A stretch of 35,738 nucleotides of DNA from Candidatus Undinarchaeota archaeon (GTDB taxonomy: Archaea; SpSt-1190), in contig CAZJUS010000006.1 in NCBI GenBank assembly GCA_964549355.1, positions 1-35,738 of the forward strand, in the 5' to 3' direction. How positions within the stretch are numbered: the stretch's first letter is position 1; each line of letters begins with the position of its first letter. Made by a program: the position numbers and the translations under genes. Below, piece by piece: positions 25,401 to 34,400 of the stretch. A model generated the notes under the pieces. It had not been told where the DNA came from, searched no databases, and saw nothing but the letters and a program-made list of their open reading frames with translations.

Positions 25401-28400
25401 TCTTGGTCTTGCTCAGGCCCAAGGAAGTGTAGTTGGAGACCACGATCAAATCATAGCCTCGTGCTGTCGGCAGGTCCGGAGCTGTGAAATTAATCTTCCA
25501 TGAAGTGGAAGGCACATCGAAGTAGTAGTTGGAGATATTGACCATCTTCCTGTAGCCTCCGCCTTCCAGGTAGACATCAAAGGCCATATTGTTGGTGATG
25601 ACAGAATAGCCATACTTTGCCCTGACGCTTGCGACTATGCTGTCGTTTGCTGTGATATTCACGACCGGCGAACTTTCAGTGGGCGACAGGATATCAATAT
25701 AGTATGGGTGCACATTCATAGTCAAATCAGTGAATATCGAAACTGTGCCTCCTTCCTCGCTGGAGTTGGTGGCATTGAGTGAACCGTGGAAGGTCAGGAA
25801 GGACATGGTGCTCGGTGCGTTGTAGTCAATCCGGACCTGGCTCCGTCCGTCAAGGTCGATGAACACCTGGCTTGTGTTGAGTGAAGTGTATTGTGCAATA
25901 TCTCCCGTCAAACTCAAATCAATGAGTGCAGGTGTGTTGCCCAGATTGTGAAGGGTGACAGTTTGGAATTCCCCGCTCTCTTCTGTGATTACATCTTTAT
26001 CAACGACATCAGGTATGTTCTCCCACGTGGTGTTTATCGGCACCCGCAGCCACACCGGCATTGTGATGTTGACTGCCTGTCCCTGGTAGGTCCCATTGAT
26101 GAGCATGGTGCCATTGTAAAGGCCTGTCTCGTAAATCTCAGGCACCGATACATTGACCGTAATTCCTACCAGCGTCCCGGGAAGGAGTTTACCCGCATCC
26201 TGCGGGGATATCCTCATATTGAAGTCGGTGCAGGTGGTGCCCGAAATGCAGTATATGCTGACATTGTTTACCTCCACGTTGCCGACTGAACTTATGGTGA
26301 AGTTTTTGGTCCCGTTCTGGTTGTTCATCACAGTGAAGTTCAGCGAGGACCTGTCAAGCTCAAGCTGCGGGTTTGCCAGCACATTGACAGTTACATTATC
26401 AACCACGGTGGCGTTGGAGCCGTCGAGGTTGGTCCAGTTCAAGTCGAAGGTGATATTATACAGCCCCGGCGCCAGGCCCTGCGGTATGGTGACCAGCGAA
26501 ACCTCCACGTATTTGTCCTGCTTGAAAATCAAGGAGGTGTTCATATGGGTGACAGCCGTAGTCCACGCTATCGGCACGCCGATGTCTGCACTCACATTGA
26601 AAGCTCTGGCATAGCCCGTGTTGTTGAGGGTGAAGTTGGCATTGAGCTGGTAGTCCCGATCGCTTCTCATGTCGCTTATATTGAACGGGTCTTCGCCCAG
26701 TGTTGCATCAATAGTGGTGTTCTTGTGCCCCTGCACTTGTATGGGTGCCGTGCACCCTTCCAGATTCCGGGTGTCGCGGGCGCATATCCTCAGGGCATGG
26801 ATGCCCGGCGTGCCTGATTCATATGTGGTGTAATATGTCTCATTGGTGTTGTTCATCTGCCCGATATACCACGAATTTTCGATGGCATACGTTAGGTTTG
26901 CAAGGTAAGTCATATTGGCTGCGGTGCCGTTGCCGAGCATAGTTATGAAAGTAATATTGAATCTGCCGGGCAGGGTGAAGTTGAAGTTCGGGACTGCATT
27001 GAAGACGGAGGATGTGCCGTTGGCCACCGATTCATTGCTGAACACCTGCTGGCCGTTGATTGACATGTTGAAGTACAAGGCGGTGTCATTGGTGGCGGAT
27101 CCATTGAACACAGTGCCGTTGTGCAGATTCTCCACGGTGATGTTGAAGTATTTCATGCCACCGTAGAATTCAGTCAAATTCACTCCATACCAGAAACCAT
27201 AGTCGCCGTTGGTCCCGTTGTGCAGGAAGGTTTCATTGGCTATGTCTGCCGGCTGGCTCACATTGATCCAGGCGCTGTCCACGGCAAAGTTGTCGGTTAT
27301 GTCCGCCGAGATATTGACCGCATCGAAGCCGACTTCAAAGTCCTGCGGGACGACACTGATGTTTTCAATTGAAGGGGGCAAGTCCGTTACGTTGAGCGTC
27401 AAAGTCACTTCCCTCTTTTGAGGCATGGCCGGGTTGTTGTTCTGGTCCTTGGGCTCGATGCTCAGGACTACGTCATACAGGCCTTGGTCGTAATCTGGAG
27501 GAATTATGTATGAAACGACTGATTCCTGGGTGGTCATTTTATGCAACAGGTAGCTTTGTTCCCCCGGCACAATATCCACGAGATTCTGCCCCAGGCCGTT
27601 GGGGTAGACTCTCACTGTAATATACACATTGCCGATATTTTTCACAGTGATGTTTCCGATTGTTCCGTTGGTGTTCAGCATAGCCAGTATAGTGCCGAAG
27701 CTGCCGGGTGATGAAGTCCAGCTGCTGTTCCAGGGCACAGTCACATTGAGTATCGCATCATCGTAGCCACCGTTTGAGCTGTTGGCCCTTATGGTGGTCC
27801 AGTAGATTCCGGGAGCCTGCCCTGCAGGCACTTCAAGCCGGACACTCACAGTGTAGTTTTCCCCTGAAGGCAGGGAGCCTTGGCCGGGCGGAATCAGCGT
27901 AAGTTCGCATTCCGGACAGTAATTGTCATATCCTGCTTGTTTTATGAACATGTTGCCGGAAGTTATTATCGGGTATGTTTCAATATCGTAGACGGGGACA
28001 TTGCCGCCCGAAATGACTGTCAGATTGCCGATGGTGGTCTTTTGCTGGTGCGGAGCCTGGCCTTGAAGCTCATCCTCCTCAATGAGGATGAGGGGGGTTT
28101 CGGCAACTTCCACCCGTGAGATATCCGTGGTGTAATTGAGAGTCTTGTCCGGGTGCATCCATGTTGCATTTCCATTTATGTTTATGATTCCGGGCGGAGT
28201 CTTTGGGATTATTTCGACTTCGACTATGAATGCACAGGACGAGTTTGCAGGCACCACAGCACATGAGTGGTTGGTGGCGTTCAGCTTCATCCATCCCCCC
28301 GAGTCTTCAGTCAAAGTTATATTCACATCCCAGGCATTTGCAGGGCCTTTGTTGGTGTAGTTGACAGTCAGATTCATCAAATATGAATCATACTGTGTGA

Positions 28401-31400
28401 CTCCTATTGCAACTTCATAGTCGGGCGTCATCTCCAAGGTGGCAACTGTTTTGCCCCAGACATAAAATGAGCCTGCATCTTCCGAATTGAGGTTGTTTTC
28501 AGGCGGGAGGTCCTGCGCATAAATTGTTACATTGTACAAACCTCCAATCGGAGCGACATAAGTGGTGTTGTACCAGAAGGAGTTGACCCTGTACTTGAGG
28601 TAGCCTAAATAGGTTTCATTGGCGCCGTTCCCGTTTCCATCAGTCATGTCTACTGTGACATTGTATACTCCCGGGACTGTGAATGTGTAGTTGTTGACCA
28701 ATTCAATTTCGGTTGCACTTGCATTGGCCACCGATACATTGCTGAAGACAAGCTGGTCGTTGATTGAAATATTGAAATAAATCCACTTGCTGGCATTGGT
28801 GTTGTTGATGGTGGCATTGAAGTATTCCATTTCGCCATACTCCTGCGAAACATCAACTGTTTCATTGAAGCCGTAATTGCCGTTGCTGGCATTCTCGACG
28901 AGATTGTTGAATATGATTGGAGAATGAACAGTCATGGTCTTGGTGTAGTAGCTCCCGTTGGGTATGGCAATCGAAGCCCAGACAGTATTCACACCCACAT
29001 TGTCAGTGACTATGGCGGAGATGCTGACATTATCCAGATTAGCTTCGATTTCCGATGTTGGATCGACGCTTATATTGAGAATTTCCGGTGGCAGGTTGTC
29101 TTTCACATTGAATTCCACCTCAACTTCCGCAGTAGAAGCAGTATACAGCATAGTCTCATTGTCGGTGATGTTGCACTTGAAGAAGAGGGCGCCTTTCTTG
29201 TCCGGCGTGTATAAGTCAGTTACACGCCCCTGTGGGTTGGTGAACTCGCCACTCATGAGCTGGTACGAATCGGTCCCATAGCGGTACCATTTTTCAACAT
29301 AATAATCTGGAATGCTTTCCAAAGTTATGCCGTCGTAGACTCTGCATGTAAAGTTGTAATCTTCATAAATTGTCAAATCATAGGGCGGAAGCTGGTCGGG
29401 GGGTTCAATCCACTGCACATTGCTGAGTCCTGTTATCTTGATGATGGTGCTGTCGTGGCCCCTGTCATAGCACTCCACTCCTGAATACCTGTTGCACATG
29501 GCGAAAGTCTCCGCCGATATGTTCTTCCACCCTGTCTGCTGGTCTTTGAGGTCCTTGGTGGTGGACTTGCCTTCCGCAATGAAACCGCTTTCGTTATACC
29601 AATAGACTGTGACCTGCATTGAAGTGTTCGCATTTTCATCCCACACATCTGCAATCAAATCAGCGGTGTCTCCTTTGGTGAAATTGGTGCCGTTTACAGG
29701 CGACGTTATATTCAGGTAAAGGACGCCGATTACTTTTAGGAGCGTGGTGTTTGTGGCTGAAGGTTCAGTCCCGTTCTTGGTGGCGTTGATGTATATGGTG
29801 TAATAATCAGGGACCCATGTGTCGCCCGGATCGTACGTTATATGGCATTGGCCTGCAACATCCGTAGTGCAATTGCCTATCAGTCCAAAGCTTTCATTGA
29901 AGAACCACGCTGTCGCGTTTTCGGCGGCGCCGATTTCTGCTTCCAGGATTGTAACTGTTACGTTGGTTTCATACGGACTGAAGCTGTTGTTTCTGTAAAC
30001 CGTTCCCGGGTTCAAATTAATATTTTCTATTTTGAGCGGTCTTTGGATTTTTATTAAGGAGTATGCCAAATATGTCGTGGCGTTGTAGTACATTGAAGTG
30101 CTGTTTTCAATAGTGCAGCTTATGTTATACCAGCCGGGCAGTTCGTCTGTAGTCTCCCAGGACCAAGTTGCAATTCCGCTTATCTCAGTGGAGCCAGTAT
30201 ACTGATAGGTGCCGTTCTTGTAGAATTTGACAGGATATGACGGCAGAGGGCTTCTGGTATTGGCATCCTTTACTGTGCACTTGACGGCCACTGAAATTCC
30301 TGCCATATAACTCGAGCCGCTCGAAGGCTGGATATTCGAAATCCTGCTCCATCCATACACATAGACGTCAGTGCTGTTGGTGCCTTCATCAAAGTGACCG
30401 CGTGTTGCATTGGTGTTTATGGTCCGCGGGCCGATTGGGAAATTGCTTGGAATAAACCAGGAAGTGTTGTAGCCTGTGGCAACGTGGTTCCAGTTTTCAT
30501 CGTACCAGTCCACAGTCGTGTCATTCGCCCATTCACTGCATTCATCCTTGACAGTCGTGTTGAGGAAGGTGCTGGCGTTCCTGTTGATAATCTGGTTCTC
30601 TGCAGGATAGAAAGGATACAAATAAAGTTGGCCTATTACATCCAGGCCCGCCGTGCTGGAGTTGACTTGTTTGTAGCAGGAATCCATGGCAGCTCCCTTC
30701 CACAGCTGGTCGCCTGCGAGTGAACCGCAGTCCGGATCGTAGCTGACATTTCCATACCCGTTGCTGGTGTTGAATGCAAGCTTGATGGTGTAATTGGTGT
30801 AATTCTCGGTCACCCAGACCAAGCCCGATGTCTGGTTGGGGTACACTCCCAGGTCCGTATCATAAATTAAAACTTCAAGGGTGGCATTTTCATAACCCAT
30901 CCGGCGGACTTCAGTGTCGCTTCCACCCGTCGTGGAAACTGTGACATCATCTTCCTCAAGTGTTATTGGAAGCGGGGTAGTTTCAGCACTGTAGTTGAAG
31001 GGGTCGACTGCCCTGAATTTCCAGAATTCATAGCCGTTCGCCAGGTAGCTCATCTTGTCGCAGGTGAATCTTTCCTCAAAGTTCACCCCCAGCTCCACGC
31101 CAATTACGCTCCTTGAATCTACAAGCTCCCAGCTGGAATTGTCCTTGCTGGCCCAGAGTGTCAGATTGTTGGCATGGTAGTCCGGGTCGCTGAAGATGAC
31201 ACCGAAGGTGTATTTTTCACCCCAGCCTCCAAAGTCATGGTCCACTCCGGCACCCTCCAGTTGAGGCGGCTCGCCAAGGAAGAAGGCATAGGATTTTGTG
31301 GTTGTGTTGTCTGCATAGTTGGTCTTGCTGACATCCTCGTCTATGTCATACCAGCCCTTCGCCCTCGACCCGCTGTCCCAGGTGCAGTTGTACCATCCTC

Positions 31401-34400
31401 CCCCTTCGGTCCAGTTGTAATTGTTGTACTTGCTGCAGGTATACTTGTCGCTTCCACTGACGCTGTTCAGTGTGAAAACATTGGTTACATTTTCAACAGG
31501 GGTGCAGTCGTCATTCACATATCCCGCAATCAAAATTTTATCGCCCAGTATGTAGCCTTCGCCTTGGGGTTTGATTATCTTGGGGAGCAGCTCTGACATT
31601 ATTTTGAGTGAATAGTTCTGTGAGTAAGTTTCTTTATAGCAGGTGCTGTTGGCCCAAACTTGCCACCACTGCCATCCCAGATTGTAATCGCACTTTTGGT
31701 TGGTGGGGGGCAGCTCCTGCATGAAATTGTAATTGATATAACCGCTGGTGTTGGTGCTTTCTGCTTTCCCATCATCCCAGCTGGATTGGTTTGTGGTCAC
31801 CCACACTTTTGCATCCACACCACCCGGAAGCGGAACGTTGCGATCCAAATCTATTGATTCCACGCTGAGCAGCAAAAGTCCCGAGCCGTTCCTCCAGACC
31901 ATCTCCCCATCCCCTTTATACAGGTTGAAGCCGATGTCGTCCCTTTCGACCTCAAAGGTGTTGTTCTCTTTTTTGGTCAGTCCTCTTTGGTCTGCAATGT
32001 CGAATCGGAAAGTGCCGTTGCCCAGATTGTTCGGGCAGTCAAAGAAGTTTGAGGTCGTTGTGTTCAATGTCACAGTCTTGTTTATCAATGGTGCATCCAG
32101 TGCAACTTCATTTTCTTTGAAGAAGAACTGGCTTCCTCCAGGCTTGTCTATCCAAAGCTGCAGGGTTGCATTGTCCAGATCTTCGTCAGTGATGGTGACG
32201 TTGAAGTAGAAGGTCTCGCCCCAGCCACCGGGGCAGTTCAGGCAGACCAGATTCTTCATGACCGGGCGGGTCTGCAGGAACATGATGTTGCTTTCTATGT
32301 TGGTCAGATTGGCGTGGTAGTAGGGGGGCAGAGATGCATTGATGCCTATGTCATACCAGCGGGCCTTCATGGCGGAAGTGTTCATGTTGCACCTGTAAAT
32401 CCCCGACCCGATATCGGAAACTGTGCAGTTGTATGTGTTGCCGTATTCACTCAGCCAGGTGACATTGATATCCGCAGACGGCAAATCAACAGAGCAGTCG
32501 TCCCATACGTGTATGTCCGCCATTATGTCCTCTTCGCCCCGGGTGAGGTTCCGCGGGGGCGCATATGGATTGCTGTCCTGGTAGATATACTGCAGATGGC
32601 TCAGCAGGTCGCCCATCACTGTGAGCTGGTAGGTCGCAGAGAGATTCACATCAACATAGCAGGCATCAGTTATGCCCGCCTTCCATTTTTGCACCATTGG
32701 GTCGTATCTCGGGTCGCATCCGGGGTCAAAATCATAATGCACGAACCCGCTCGCATTCGTGCTCTGGGCAGGCTGCAGGACATAGCTGGAGCCGTCATTG
32801 GTTATCCAGAAAGATGCACTTCCGTCAGTCACTGAAATATTGTTTCTGTCATCGTCGTGGACTTCAAATATCAAAGCAGTGGTGTCGATTCCATCCCTAT
32901 CCACTGAAGTGGCATTTCCTAAAATATAATAAACTGAAACGTCATCTTCTGTGATGTTGGGTCCATATTGGTCCGATGTGTTGAACCTGTTGGTGCCGTC
33001 GAATATTTCAAACCGGTAATAATTATCGGTACCAATATCCGAACAGTCGAAATCCGTTACATTTATTTTTGCAATTCCATAACCCCAATAAATTACAGTT
33101 TCATTTTTGTATTCCCATGTCACTTTGTTGTTGGTGGTGATGAATAGGCGGACTGTGACATTGTCCATCTGCGCATCGCTTATGTTGACTTCATATGTGA
33201 AGGGCCTGCCCCAGCCTTCGACAGCAGGAGACACGCTGAGATTTTCAGTGGTTGGAGGTGTGTTGTTCAAGTAGATGTAATTGTTCCAGATACTGTAATT
33301 GGAATAGTAATATGGGTAGCTGCTGTCAACAAATACATCCCACCATTCACCTACGTGGAAGTTGGTATCCCAGCTGTAATTGTAAGCTCCCGTCCCCAAA
33401 TCGTTGAGCTCGAGTTCACTGTAGTTTTCCCAGACTCCTGCATAGTCCCTGAATCCGAAGTTGACAGTGGCATTTTTCAAGGCACCCCAATTGGAGTTGC
33501 ATTCATCAGTTATATTGAATGTGAAGTTGGCCAGATTCCCCACCACCACTTTTGTGCCGTTCGGCGGGAATTCAATGTAGTTTTTGAGCTGGCCTTTTAT
33601 TTCAAGTTTGCTCTTGTCACTGTTCACTCCGCCTGTTGAAAAATTATAGTCTTTATAGCAGGTGTCATTATACGGCCCTCCCCTCCAGAGATGCATGCTT
33701 GCATTGTATTCACAGCCAGGGTCCAGAGTGAATGAAGCAACGGACGATGCATTTGTGTAGTTCAATATGGGCGCGGACCATAAACCGTTTACATCCTGGA
33801 TGTCTGTGGTCACGAATACAGCAGCATTCACTCCTTGTCCTACAAAAGCATGGTTTCTGTCCAAGTCGCTTATTGTAATTCTGAAAGTTGTATTGTCATT
33901 GCCCTCTCTCTGGACAACAGTATTGGTTGGATACCAAACTTGAATATATGTATCATCTTTGTCCAAAGTAAACGGCTGGTCGGCAATTGTGCGGTTGAAA
34001 CTCCATGGGTCGCTGATGTTCACTTTCCAGTCACTGGTTTCTCCGTCAGGCGTTATGTCATCACATTGGAAATATCTTGATTCAAATGAAATTACCGTGC
34101 CTCCCGATGCTGAGAACTGCTTGTATTGTGTATCCACCAGCTCCCAGCTGCTTGAAGCGTCCTTCCTTTTCCAGAGCATCAGGGTATTGTTGTCGTAGTC
34201 CTCATCCCTGTAGTAAATTTGGAAAGTCTTCAGCTCCCCCCATCCGCCGTCTCCTGAAGTCTCGTAAACAGGATTCCAAAGCTCAGGTCTGCTTTGTATT
34301 CTAAAGGCGTAGGTTTTGTTGACTTCGACAGGCAAAAAGTATGAGGAGTAGTAGCCGTCGAAATGGCTTTGCACCGTTATGTTGTAATTGCCATACTTGG

